64,000 nucleotides of DNA from Nageia nagi (taxonomy: Eukaryota; Plantae; Pinophyta), in contig JBITNC010000001.1 in assembly GCA_050084985.1 (NCBI GenBank), positions 138,818,001 through 138,882,000 on the forward strand, read 5' to 3'. The notes below the pieces were generated by a model, which saw only the letters and a program-made list of their open reading frames with translations, searched no databases and had not been told where the DNA came from. Every line of letters starts with the position of its first letter. The stretch's first letter is position 1. The translations under genes and the position numbers were made by a program. This document shows positions 51,250 through 64,000 of this stretch, one piece after another.

Positions 51250-54200
51250 TTTCACTCTACAATTCTACATTAATTGGACCCAACTTCTTGTTTCCACCCA
51301 CATATAATAGAATTCCTTTATTCTCTTTATGTCACTCAACTGATGGATCATACAGTCTCTAATCACTTGGCTCCACCTAAAGTTATTCCCCTTAATAAAA
51401 GTATAAAGAAAATTGAATAAGTCATTTCAAAATTTGATGTCTATGGATTTTCCACCAATTCGATAAAGGAAATAGATTGCCTTATTAGAAGTATCTTAAA
51501 ATAGGAACCTTTAAGCCTTCATTACTACTTGATGGGCTAAGTCATGATGTTCTATTTTTAACCACAATCACATGAGGTCATTTGGTCTATGCTTGGTACC
51601 ATATTTTTGTAACTACTTTTCTAAATCCTCTTGGGTATAAATTATACCCCTATGTATGACCATCCCATCACATCTTCAATCCATTTTTTTTTCAAATTAA
51701 CAATGATATTTCCTTTAGCATCTTTGAGAACTCTCATATGAAATTTGTATTTTTAACCAATAGTAAGACCAAGTCAAGGAAGTTTACAAAGAATGGGATA
51801 ATAGAGGCCTTAAAAACCCAAAAGAGTGAATAGTATATATTTCCTTTACCTCTATAGGAATTTGATATGTTTCATTCATTAATATTATCAAAATGGTATG
51901 ATTCCATTGAGGATCCTATATATTTTCTAGTTTATCATAATAATGATCTCTTTGTTTAACCTTCCCATATTTCCTCAACTTTACAAAGCTTGTCTTTCTC
52001 AATTGACTATAACCTCCTTTTCTTTCTTATATTTAATCATCCTACAAAAAAGGACAAAATGTTTAGTTAGCCATTATCTCGATCAAAATTAACATTATAA
52101 ATTTAATGAAAATTTTATTTTCTCAATTTTAACTATTTTTCCTTTAGTTGCATCCACCTATAAAACTACCTTTAAATAATCTAACAAATTGCTTACTCAC
52201 TTCTAAGTTATGTTCATTATGTATGTGACTTATAAATCTAATTCATTTTATTTATGAATGCCATCAAACTAAGTGTGACTTTTAAACTTGACTAAGTTGC
52301 TTCAAAGTTAATATCTAGTTTGATGCCACTAATGAATTTACCTTGATCACTTTGATGTTAATGTTAATGCTTATGTGATAGAAGGTTTCACTTAGTCTAT
52401 TTAACTTAGAAAGTAACAATGACATAAAAAGGTTATGGACTTATTTGTTTTGAGTTTTCATTCAGCCTTGACATGATGAAGCCAAATGGGTAACTAGTTC
52501 AAAGTATATGCCTTTATGTTTGTAACAAGTGATTTGCCTTAGTTAATTCAACTTTCATTCCAAATAAAATACATGAGAAAACCCCTCATAGTTTATCCTT
52601 ATTTACAAAACCAATGCCATAATATAAGCTAAAATTTAACTAAGTCAAAATTCAATAGTCGATTCCAAGAATATGTCCTCTTGGATGCAATAAATAAGCC
52701 TATTTTTGGTCACTTCAAGTTTCAATGAAAACTAATGTGATAGTCAAAAGTGTTAGGTCTCTTTGGTTCTAACTTCAAACTCATAACAACAAAAATAGCA
52801 AAGGAAAGTTGATCAGGCTAAGTCTTCAGATCTAATAGTGTTTCATTTAGTCGATGATAGGTAAATCCAATACAACTATCAAAAAGGCTAACGTTATGGT
52901 TGAGCTCAAGAAATAAGTAACTTAGCATGATAAAATGTAAAACTTCAATCACATTACTCAGATATTATAAATTTTTCTCATAATGAACAAGTCTACATCA
53001 CTCCCACTTGGGCCACAAACTCGATGCGACAAGCAGACTTTAAAAAATGATAGGTAATAAATGAATAGTGGCAGTGTTATTTATAGGAAAAACCTCAGCT
53101 AGAGATATATGCTAGCATCATGAAGATGAAACCGTAGATCCAATGATGAAAGTATTGTGTTGGGCAGCTATGGTTGAGACAGGTTAACTTTTTAGTCGAT
53201 CTAACTAGTGATAGCCTAAGGTGTAGAGTAGTGAAATACCAATATGATGTCATCAAGGATATATTCAATGCATCTTAGGTCTTTAACTCATTATGACTTA
53301 GGAAAACTCATTAGTCTTAAGAGAGTACTACTTTAGATCATTTGATAATAGAAATATTTGAAGTCATGGTGGTTGGGAAATATATACGATGTGATCATAA
53401 AGAAATCCCTTGGTTTCCTCTTTGTAACCATCAAGATTAAAGAAATTTAATATAACTTATTTATCAAAGGGTGGTATGATTTAAAAACATTACGATAAAA
53501 GAAACTTTGAAGGTCATGTTGATTTGCTTATTTAGGTAGAGTAACTATGAGAAAAACCCTTGGTCACTCTTAGTTAGGTTTCTAACTTAATGTGAATATT
53601 GAATGCAAAAAGATAATCAAAATTCATAAAATTTTTGTCTTGTCTTTAAAATTTAGGATTTTTATGTTTAGATTTGATGAGAAGTGACTTCTACCTTGCA
53701 ATGTAGAGAATGAGCATTATGTTTTAAAAATGGAATTTCAAAACTTATCATTCAACAGTTGAGCAGGATCAAGTTCCATCTCATGTTGAGGGTAAGTGTT
53801 GGTAGTCAAATTGGAAGATGATATTCAACTTTTAATAGAAAAACTAACTTACATGTAAGTATCTTCAATATAAGCTTGTCTTTAAGATGAGAGATATTAC
53901 CCAATGATCCTAACTCCTTTTGTGATGAAAAACATGTGATCATAAAAATTCATTATTTTTTGAATTATGCAAATTTTTATGTATTTTTATTTTTAATTAA
54001 AACAAGGAAATTTTCCTAAATACCTATTTTGAGGAAAAAGCAAAAAACATTTTTAAAAAAAATTAGTGGTAACAACTTATAAGAGGTTTTCTATCTCTAT
54101 CCCTAATGTTATTCCTCATGTGATGGATCTTTAGATCACTCTTGAATTTCCTAGTGGGTTCTTAATAGTTTAAGGGTTTCTACCTCTATTCCTAGTGTTT

Positions 54201-54950
54201 TTGATAGTACAAGCTTTCTGACTCTTCTTCATAAACATACCTCATTTTAGATGCTATGTGAGGATCTTTTGGTGAATTACTTTGCTTCATTTTCTTGGAG
54301 TGGGATTGGGGCTTCAAGGGTAACTTATGGTATTATGAGTGGTTTCCCATTTGATTTCTCCTTAGAGGCCTATTTCTTCCTTTTGGAGTTAAAAATGTTT
54401 TTGTTCTACTCCTTGTTTAAATCCTTTCTACCTTTGGGACCTCTCTTTGGATTCTAATTTTTCTCCTTCAAATTTGGTGGTTTTGTTTTAGTTTCATGTG
54501 TTACTCTTTCTTCCCCTCCTTCAAGGATTTGCTTGTTTTCATTTTTATTTTTCCCCCTTTTTAACTCTTATGGGTTAAGGGGTTTCTTTTTTGACCCTTT
54601 CATGGACTCTTGGCTCTTCTAGTTTTAGCAAATATGTAGGATATCTATGAATGATGATATTCTTACAAGGTAGTATTGAAATCTACTAGGATCTCTAAGG
54701 TTTTATAGCTTCATTAAGTGTGTTCTAGTTTATAGTTTTGGTGGCTACTTATTTTTGCATGTTTTGGTAGAGATCCATAGCCTCTTATCAAAATGACCTT
54801 CTCAAGAGGATGTTCTTAACAATATATGGGATTCAAAATGTTCTCATATTTATACTAGACTTTATTCTAGTTTAGTCTTTTAGCCCATGTTTCAAATTTT
54901 AAATAGAAATATAAAAGGCCCTTTGGAAGGGTGGTTGTAATATTTTAAAA
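51250..54950 (-). mobile_element. L1-type LINE debris, interrupted by other repeats
   Basis: Weak minus-strand motifs YENI..C..GH (~54850), FEKKW..FRKVVTKIW (~51695-51600), WKQ (~51295); a PPT-like AAGTGGGAG followed by TGATG at 53009-52996 suggests an intervening LTR fragment. Confidence 0.3.
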
Positions 54951-56214
54951 TGAAACACCATAGTAAGAAATGTGAGTAGTATTTTGTAGTTTTTTACATA
55001 AGTTAATATTTTCAAAATGTAAAAGTATGGAGTCATAATAACAATAAAAAAATTTCACATCCCTATGATTCTATAAGTTCATTTTTTGGAAAGTCTCTTA
55101 AAAGTTACCTTACTTTGGTGGATTACAACTTCTCTTTAAAAGGGTAAAAACTATTTAGCATTTTCAATCCATAGTTTTGAAGGTATTTTTTTTTAATGGT
55201 GTAAATTTTGTTGGTAAAAAAATATTGTTTTAAAGATCTCCAAAACCTTACAAGATGACAATATCCATATTTTAGCTACAACCTTTAAAGTAGTAATTTA
55301 TGAAGTACTACATTCTTTATTTCAATTGACTTATCATATCACTAATTCTTTTGTAGTAGTAAAACTACATGATAACAAGAGTCCCATTAAAACATCAAGC
55401 TATATTTCCTTTAACTTCTTTATTTACAAAATAAGTCTATAATTTCAAAAAAAATCTACTTTAGTCTTCTTCAAAAAACTTAGTCATGATGTTCATCCTA
55501 AATTTTCCCCAAAATAAAGGATCACCATCTCAAAATTATTTAGAAAATTGAATCCCATTTGATTGTAATTGTGCTTGAAGTACTTATTATAAATTTATTT
55601 TTCATCACCTTTGTGGTCGTTGAATTACCTACAATAAAGTCAAACAAAGGGCTTCATTGGCCTTTATATATAATTTCTTATCAAAGCATTATATTGTATA
55701 GCCGTTTCTCTATTCGTGGCCTAGCTAGAGTCTATACAAGCCTCCTCCCTCTTCCCTCTAGTGAAATCACAGTAATTACCTAGGGATCCTCACATTGTTT
55801 CAACTATATACTATGACTTATTTATTTTTCTTCCTTGCACTTATCTTTTCTCACCTTAACATCCACATTCTCAATTTGTACCTCTTTCCTTTCCACTTTA
55901 ATTTTCATGATTTCAATAACACTCCTTATTGTTGCTCTTCCTTTGCTTGTACCTAGGCCATGAAACTTTATCTAGTATATATTTGATGGTATGAAGCTAT
56001 ATAGGTCAATGGTTTGCATGTATAACTATTTCTCATAATCTATATATCTATTCATTGGGTGTGGTAAGTTATTGCTCTCCTTCCATTGTTTTCTCTATGC
56101 TCTAGATTTTTTAGCATTCTTAGCCTCACTTATGTCCTTCTACTAGCATGGTGTGCACTTCAAGACCTTCTATAGGTTCCCACTTTTGAAGGTTAGTAAT
56201 GGTAACCATCTTAT

Positions 56215-57831
56215 TTTTAATTAGAAGCTAGAAAAAAAAGTACTATTTAGAAATAGCTTTTTGAACCAAAATTTATTAATGAACAACCACCATATACATT
56301 TATATTCTACAATTCTATATGTAAAGCTGACAAAAAAAAGTTTTTTTTCAATTCCAAAAGTACTCCTCTTGCATCTTAAAAATCAAATGATGAATTTTCA
56401 ACATGATTTTTTATCATTTCAATGCTTCTACTTCATAGGGAGAGAGTTCATGTAAGGGGAAATATTTCCATAAATTTTGATCTTCATTTTCCTTATGAAA
56501 ACTTCTAATTTGGTTCAAAATAAAGCGTTTATGATTTTTATGTCTAAGCAATGTCTAGAAGGTCATAAAAATTTTGATCTCTTATCCATCTATCCTTTTA
56601 AAGATTAACTTTTTCTCCATTCTCCACCATCCATCTTGATTCTTAGACCTATGATAGGGAAATGTTAATATAGAGGATAATTCTCCTAAAGCAAGAGATC
56701 TTTCTTAGAGGGATTCTTGACAAGAAAGAATAATTAAGGTATTTTGACATTATAATTCTTATTTATCCTAATAGTTAATCCTTGAATATACTTTACTTTG
56801 ACATTGTAAAATTATCGAGGTGTTACTAATAATGCTTAATTATGAAGTGTTGGTAAAAGTGTTGCAAAATTTACAAAACTTTAGATATTTATAATGTGCA
56901 TAAATGGTACCAAAAAAATTTAAATTTTCTAAAAAAAATTAATCTATGTATAAATTTGTAGAGTTTAAGTTTTTAGTAGTTTATAGACAAAACTAAATTA
57001 TATTCAATAACATATTAATTCAAGGATTTGGGTTAGCTATATATATTTTATTAAGTATAAAATTCATCTACAAAACTCATAAAATTTACAATAATTTCAA
57101 CTTAGAGTATTTTGTATTTCTCTCCTTTTTCTTTATCTTACCATAAATCTACTTAATGCCAATTTATAGTAAATGTTTTCAACTTAAGAATCTCTATCAT
57201 GATTCCAAATATGAATGCTACATGTACCAATTCTACTATATTAATTACAATTTTAAATATAAACAATCAATTATATTTTGTATTTTTCTTAGAAATGTAC
57301 TCATCAATGATAAACAATAAAATTACAACAAAAAAATATCAAATTCATACAATTGTACACAAGCAACATACAAAAAATAAATCTATAATTAATAACATAA
57401 TACATATACAATATGCATCACCATAAAAAGAAATAACATTGTAAAAGTATTTCAAGAATGAAATTTATGCTATATTAAATCCTACACCTACAAACAAATC
57501 CACACGCATAGAATTACAAATTTATATTTTTCTTTTATTTTAAAATTTTAATATAATTTTTATTAGTTTCAGTCAACATATTTTATTATTTTATTATCAC
57601 AGCACAATAATTCTTATTAAATTTCTCATCTTTGTTTTTATACGATAACCTGCATATCAACTCTATATAATTTTCATATACAATCTGCCCATGAAAAGTA
57701 AAAACTGGGTGATCTCGACTGTAGAGATCGAGTTCTAAAACGAACACCCGATAATTGTGCTATACTATGCGTGTCATCTCGTATAGATACGGAGAAGAAA
57801 CAAATCATGTCTTTTTCACTGCCGACCATAC
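56215..57831 (-). repeat. Right arm of inverted duplication (continues at 63745-63846)
   Basis: Removing the Copia at TSD CATAC restores continuous similarity to 34813-36550. Confidence 0.9.
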
Positions 57832-58694
57832 TGAAAAATGTTAATCTCCTCGTACTTGACTTTCTTGTCATCTCTGGACTCTTGTTCCATTCCGAATGTT
57901 ACCGGGCTCTGTTCATTCTGGTACTAGTTCTCTCCATTCCCGGGTGTTACTCCGGGCTCTATTATTCAGCTCTGTTCATTCTCCAGGAACTGTCTCCTCC
58001 GCTCGTGGATTTCTATCTCTGGGACTTAATCACTACCTGGGACATTTCACAGTCGAGATTTATTTCCTGCACTCAGGACTTACTATCTTCAGCACTTACT
58101 ACATCCAGTTTTTGTCATTATTAACATCTGATGTTCTGGGTGGATGATATCACTATTTTAGATTGGTAACCAAATTAACACTATGGAAACGTCATTCTAA
58201 GTTATTTCTACCTCGAAATTAAACGTTCAACCGATATCAATTTTTTGAACATCAGCATTAATATTTTGTACAAAATGGTTGATCTACCCTCAACCATTTA
58301 ATGTTTTGCAGATAAAAATGGAATAAGCTTCCTCTACTTTTTACAACATTCAATATTATGTAGACAAAAAGGGCATGGCCTTCTACAGAATGGATAGCAG
58401 AATGCGTACATAGAGTCATGTTGCATTTAATTTTATTTTTTATGCAATGGCATTCTTAAAGTATTTTATCTTAGTATAAATATAGAAAATCGATGCGTAA
58501 AATGATTGATGAATAGGAGAAAAACATAGGTTTATATTTTGTTGTTTAGCTCCAAGAGAGTCGTGTAATATTTTTCACTTCTTTGCAATACAAATATATT
58601 TTGGTCTCCATTTTTCTCGCAGTTTATTCTGCTTGTGGTTAGCCTTATCGTATTCTAGCTATATACATTATTATTTTTTTCATTAAAATCTTCA
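57832..58694 (+). repeat. 5' LTR of Copia
   Basis: TG...CA; internal repeats such as CTCTGTTCATTC and GGTGTTACTCC. Confidence 0.9.
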
Positions 58695-58724
58695 ATTGGT
58701 ATTAGAGTAGAAAATTTACTGCAT

Positions 58725-61700
58725 TTGCAAATTCCAATTTTCATTGGAGAGCATTATGAGTACTGGTGCATCCAAATGAGTATATTTCTTAGATATTTGC
58801 TTCCCAAGGTTTTACCGACTCAGATAAAGTTGCCCTTGCAATCATAACTATAGATGAGAAGAAAGAAGTATTGGAGAACTATAAGAGGGATGCCAAGACA
58901 TTATTTGCCATCCAATTTAGGATAGATGTGTCCATCTTCCCTAGATTTATAGAGTGTAAGAATTCTAAGGAGGCATGGGAGATCATGGAGACTGTATACA
59001 AAGGATCAGCCAAGGTTTAAGTGGCAAAGCTCCAATTGTTAAGGAAGGAGTTGGAATCTCTCCATATGAGAGAGGAAGAGAATATAAATTTCTTCTTTTT
59101 CAAGATCCAAGATCTCATAAATGCCCTCCATTCACATGGTGAAGAGATAGGAGACACTAGAATTGTTGAAAAGGTACTCTAGAGCATGACCAGAAGATTT
59201 GATTCTATTACCACTACCATTGAAGAAGCAAAGGATCTATCCCAAATCATGCTTTTGGAGTTGCAAGGTAGTCTAACTACCTATGAATATAAAATTAGTG
59301 ATAGAATCGAGTCTTTGGACTAAGGTTTCTAAGAATAATTAAAAATGAAGGAATAAGAGCCCTCTTCATCAACTCCTAGTTCTTCTTCTTCATCCTCTAA
59401 TGGAAGAGGTCGATCATCGTATGGAAGAAGCGATGGCTGAGGTAGAGGTAGAAAAGGCCATTTTGAGGAAGATCATAAGATGACACGCCTAGATGTTATG
59501 ATTTTTTATAACAAAGATGGTTACACATAATCTCATTATTAGAAGAAGAATCATAAGCTCAAAGCTTAGTATGTTGAAGATCAAGTCGAAAGTAACATGT
59601 TCTTCACCTATAGTAGTTTCTAGGATGAAGAAAAAGATGTATGATACCTAGATAGTGGATGCCCTAACCACATGACTGAAAATAAATCTTTATTTCTTAT
59701 TATTGACACTAATGTCACAGGCCAAGTTAGGTTTGGTGACAACAAAAAGTGCCAACATCCATGATAGAGGGACTGTTGCTTTTAAGTCTAAAGCTAGTAA
59801 GATATTTTATATGCATAGTAGTCTCTTTGTTCTTATCCTAAAGCATAATCTGTTAAGTATTGGATAGCCTAGATTAAAAGGCTATATAACCACCTTCAGA
59901 AGGAAAGGGCACACCATAGTAAAAGAAGCTACTAACCATCTTATAGCCATCATTCATATGACTAAAAATAGGATTTATATACTCTGGATGACACATACAG
60001 TTAGTTATTTAAAAGCATCCATTAATTCTACTTGGTTATGGCATAGAAAATTTGGTCATTTGAATTTTCACTCATTAAATGGTATGCATAAATTGGTGAG
60101 AGGCCTTCTTGCCATCTCCCATACACCCAATGAGGTCTGTGAAAGTTGTGTTATAGGTAAGCAACACAGAGTGAAGTTTCCAAAGCACTAATATAGGGCC
60201 AAGTATCTTATTCAAGTAGTCCATGCAAACCTATGCAAACCAATGCAGACTCCTAGCCAAGGTGGTGAGTCAATATATATGCTCATCTTTACTAATGATT
60301 TTTTTGGGATGAGTTGGCTTTATCTACTGCAAAATAAGTTTAACTCTTTTGAGATTTTTGCTAAATTTAAATCTCTTGTTTAAAAATAATATAGCTACTT
60401 TATTAAGAAGTTCAGAACTAATAGAGGGAAAGAATTCACTTTTAATGAATTTAATAACTTCTACCATCAACATGTCATTGTTAGGTAGTATACAACTGCT
60501 TACACTTCACAATTGAATGGAGTGGTTAAAAGGAAAAACCAAATAGTTATTGAGATGGCTAGATGCATGATAAAAGAAAAGGGTCTTCCCACTAGTTTTT
60601 GGAGTGAAGCAGTGCATAGTTCTTTTTATATTCTAAATAGGTATCCTACTCAAGTTTTAAAGGACACCACCCCTTATGAAGCTTTGTTTGGTGTACAGCC
60701 AAATACTTCTCATCTTTGAATATTTGGCTCAACCAATTTTATGCATGTACCAAATGAAAATAATAATTTGCTTGATGAGAAATCCATAAAATGCATTTTA
60801 GTGGGATACTCTAATGCATCTAAGGCCTATAGATGTTATGATCCACTAAGTGGCAAGATTCACATCAATAGAGATGTGATTTTTGAAGAAGGGGACATAA
60901 CCAATCATCAAAATGGTGCTGAAGACACCACTACTAAATTCCAACTTGATAAAGATTGTGAACCTTCTCACACTACTTCACCTCCTCTCCTCAACCTTCA
61001 TCACCACATTCGCCAACCACCAAATCACCACAACAAGCATAACCAAATCAATCTCCTACTACTCCTACTTCACTAGTCAAAAATAAGTGGACAAGTGACC
61101 ACTATCATCTTCCATCATTGATGCTAGATAAAGAGCTGAAAAAAAGAATGACTAGGTCACAAATTAGAGCTAAAAATCAAGAGGTAAATATCTCTTATGC
61201 ATTAATATATTTATTTTTTGATCCTTCCTTATATATAGCAGCTAGTAGTAATAAGGATTAGAAGAAAACCATGGAGGATGAGATTGAGCAAATCTAGAAA
61301 AATGACATCTAAAAGCTTGTACCTACTCTCAAAGATAAGAAGGTAATTAGTCTCAAGTGAATTTATAAATTAAAGCATAATTCTGATAGGAGTATTGCAA
61401 AACATGAAGCCCATCTACTTGTTAAAGGATATGCTCAAAAGGAAGGGCTAGATTATAATGAGACTTTTGCCTTGGTGGCCCAACTAGAAACTATAAGGTC
61501 TTTGTTTGTACTTGCCTCTCATTTTGGATTGATACTCTATCAGATAGATGTTAAATTTGTTTTTCTTAATAGATATTTGAAATAAGTTATTTATATTGAG
61601 GAGCCTGAAGGATTTATTATTCTTGAATATGCAAACAAGGTGTATAAACTAAAAGAGGCTCTTTATGGCCTTCGATAAGCACCCTGAGCATGGTACGCTA

Positions 61701-62742
61701 GGATTGATTGTTAATTTAAAAAAATAGTTATCAAATATACTCAATGAAAAATGCATTATACAAAAAATTTGAAGATAATAACTTCTTTATTTTGTGCTTA
61801 TATGTTGATGATATTATTTTTTATAGCACCTTTGATGCTATGATAGATCAATTTAAAAATGTTATGATCAGTGAATTTGAGATGATTGATTACGAAGCGA
61901 TGAATTATTTTCTTGGCATACAAATCAAGCAATATTTCAATAGCATTTTGATCACTCAGTACAAATATGTGGAATATCTGTTGGCCTACTTTAAGATACA
62001 AAATTACAGCCCATTTGATACACCAGCTATTGTCAAAGCCAACCTATTGAAAGAAGACTCCTCTCCACATGTTGATGCCACTATGTACCAATCCTTAATA
62101 GGTAGCCTTATGTGTCTCACTGCTACCAGGATAGATATCATGTTTGTTGTTAGTAGGGTAGCCCAATTCATGCACTCACAACATTAGATGCATTGGATTA
62201 TAGCCATGTGAATCCTACACTATGTGAGTGGCATACATCAATATGGGCTTTGGTGTAAATCCTCAAATTAGGCAATGTTATAGGCCTATATAGATGCTAA
62301 TTGGGCTACATGTCTTGATGACTAGAAGAGCACGTTAGGGTATGGATTCTTCTCTAGAGAATCCTTGGTTTCATGAAGCACCAAGAAGCAATCAAAAGTT
62401 GTAGCTTCATTAGCAAAAGTTGAGTATATTATTTCCTTTACCATGTGTACATAAGCCAATTGGATTTCCCATCTTTTTGGAGATTTGGGCATAAATATTG
62501 AGCTCCCCATTTCAGTGCATTGTGATAATCTTAGCATGATTGCCATGACCAAGAACCTCATGTTTCATAATAGGATAAACTATATTAATATATGCCATCA
62601 CTTTATGAGAGATCTCATTGAAGATGGCTTTATCCATTTTTATCAATGTCCTACCGATGTTCAAATTGCAAACATCTTTACAAAACAATTGCCCATGGAT
62701 CATTTTTGCTCCTTTAAAGCCAATTTGGAGTGCAAACCTTAG
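58725..62742 (+). pseudogene. Copia gag-pol pseudogene
   Basis: IPIFIGEHYEYW, KDLS..ELQGSL, YLDSGCPNHMT, WLWHRKFGHLNF, CESCVIGKQHR, NGVVKRKN, LYVDD, HCDN..HHFMRD..QIANIFTK; many stops. Confidence 0.93.
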
Positions 62743-62901
62743 ACATTTAGGGGGAGATTATTAGCAAACCTTGACTAGACAAGAGTACTAGTTGGATTTT
62801 GTATATATATTACATATGACTTTTACTTTCTTTTCTTTGTATTTGTAATTTTTGGCCAACAGATACATGCTCTCATTTGTCAAAGAGATTAAGGGGACGA
62901 T

Positions 62902-63744
62902 TAAAAAATGTTAATCTCCACATCTGAGACTTCCTTGTCATATTCAGGCTCTGTTCCATTCTGGGTGTTACTAAGATATGTTCATTTCGGTAACAGTTCT
63001 ATCCATTCCTAGGTGTTACTCCTCCGAGCTCTATTCATTCTCTGGGCAGTGTCTCCTCCACTCGTGGTCTTTTATATCTGTAACTTAATCACTACCTGAG
63101 ACATTCCATAGCTGAGACTTATTTCCTGCATGTGGGACTTATTATCTCTGGAACTTATTACTTTTCGGGTTGCAGCTATTGTTAACACCCACTATTTTGG
63201 ATGGATGATATCACTATTTTAAACCTCAAACCTCAGACGCTGGGACATCCCTTTTGCACTAGAACTTGGATTAACATTCTGGAAATGTCCTTCTAAGGGG
63301 TTTCTACACTAAAATTAAACTCTCAACCACAAACATTAATTTTTAAATATCCATATTAATGTTTTGTAAAAAATGGTTGATCTACTTTCAACCATTTAAT
63401 ATTTTGCAAATGCCATGTAGATAGAAACAACATGGGCTTCCTCTACCTTCTACAACATTCAATGTTGTGCAGAAAGAAAGAGTATGACCTTCTACAGAAT
63501 GGACAACAGAATACGTACATAGAATCATGCTGCATTTAATCTTATTTTTGACTAACTAACATGCTATTAATATTTTTTCTTAGTATAAATATTAAAAAAC
63601 TATGTGCAAAAAGATTGGTTAAAAAGGGAAAAACACACATTTATGTTTTACTGTTTAACTCCAAGAAAACCGTGTAATAGTTTTTGGTTCACCTTACCAT
63701 ATTCTAGCTATATGCATTATTATTATTTTTCTTTAAAATCATCA
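62902..63744 (+). repeat. 3' LTR of Copia
   Basis: TA(for TG)...CA; aligns with the 5' LTR at roughly 75-80% by eye. Confidence 0.9.
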
Positions 63745-63849
63745 CATACAATATTTTGGTTGTGCGTATTTATTTGACATATTCCCAAACGCAATTGCCA
63801 GGTCGCATTCGATGCCAGTAGATAGTTGAAACAGTTCCAAATATAATTG

Positions 63850-64000
63850 GCATATTTTTCTTTTACAGAATGGCAAATGTAATTTACCATGTCGGATTAG
63901 CCGACATTGACTGTGCTTAGTTCTTTTAGATAATGGCAAATCCAATGACCACGTTACGTTTTCCTCTGCCACATACGAATTTCAATGATGCCTGTCTCCT
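63850..64000. promoter_or_regulatory. CpG-retaining stretch with clustered DRE/CRT, ACGT (ABRE-like) and CCAAT motifs
   Basis: ATGTCGG-ATTAG-CCGACAT palindrome (~63889-63907), CCAAT at 63942, CCACGTTACGT (~63949-63959); no gene visible in the window. Confidence 0.3.

Larger units (their letters stand above)
57832..63744 (+). mobile_element. Full-length decayed Ty1/copia retrotransposon (Ivana-like)
   Basis: LTRs 57832-58694 and 62902-63744; TSD CATAC (57827-57831, 63745-63749); PBS TGGTATTAGAG at 58697; PPT AAGGGGACGA. Confidence 0.95.

Noticed and set aside
57771-58147. 117-aa and 83-aa ORFs
   Set aside because: They lie across or within the Copia LTR repeats and are not preserved in the 3' LTR.
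34813-63846. Arms as TIRs of a giant Mutator-like element
   Set aside because: No 9-bp TSD at the outer ends, arms are unusually long, and no MULE transposase is seen inside.
63942-63953. ER-stress element (CCAAT..CCACG)
   Set aside because: Spacing is 2 nt, not the 9-10 nt of ERSE-I, and it does not match ERSE-II.

Overview
AT-rich, CpG-depleted plant genomic DNA with no intact host gene. The PPR sequence style and TE set suggest a gymnosperm (inference). Left 10.7 kb: LTR and LINE debris, then a decayed intron-containing P2B Ca2+-ATPase (ACA-type) pseudogene on + with four clear and one weaker PLS-class PPR fragments on the - strand between its exon-like motifs. 10.8-34.5 kb: a three-level retrotransposon nest. 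A deleted Copia derivative contains a 20.9-kb Tat/Ogre-type Ty3/gypsy (TSD GGAAG). Its long 3' region carries short accessory ORFs, three with F-box-like motifs, an antisense spliced PMD ORF, and a 2-kb insert bounded by two head-to-head LTRs with a shared TSD (ATGTT). 34.8-63.8 kb: an old ~1.75-kb inverted duplication with CpG-retaining outer ends. It encloses a young near-intact CRM-type chromovirus (TSD ATTAC), a putative DNA-transposase remnant with a telomere-like array, and LINE/hAT debris. A full-length decayed Copia (TSD CATAC) splits the right arm. Best novelty candidates: the F-box-like cassette, the intron-nested antisense PPRs and the head-to-head LTR element. All protein calls come from reading motifs by eye; identities are estimates.
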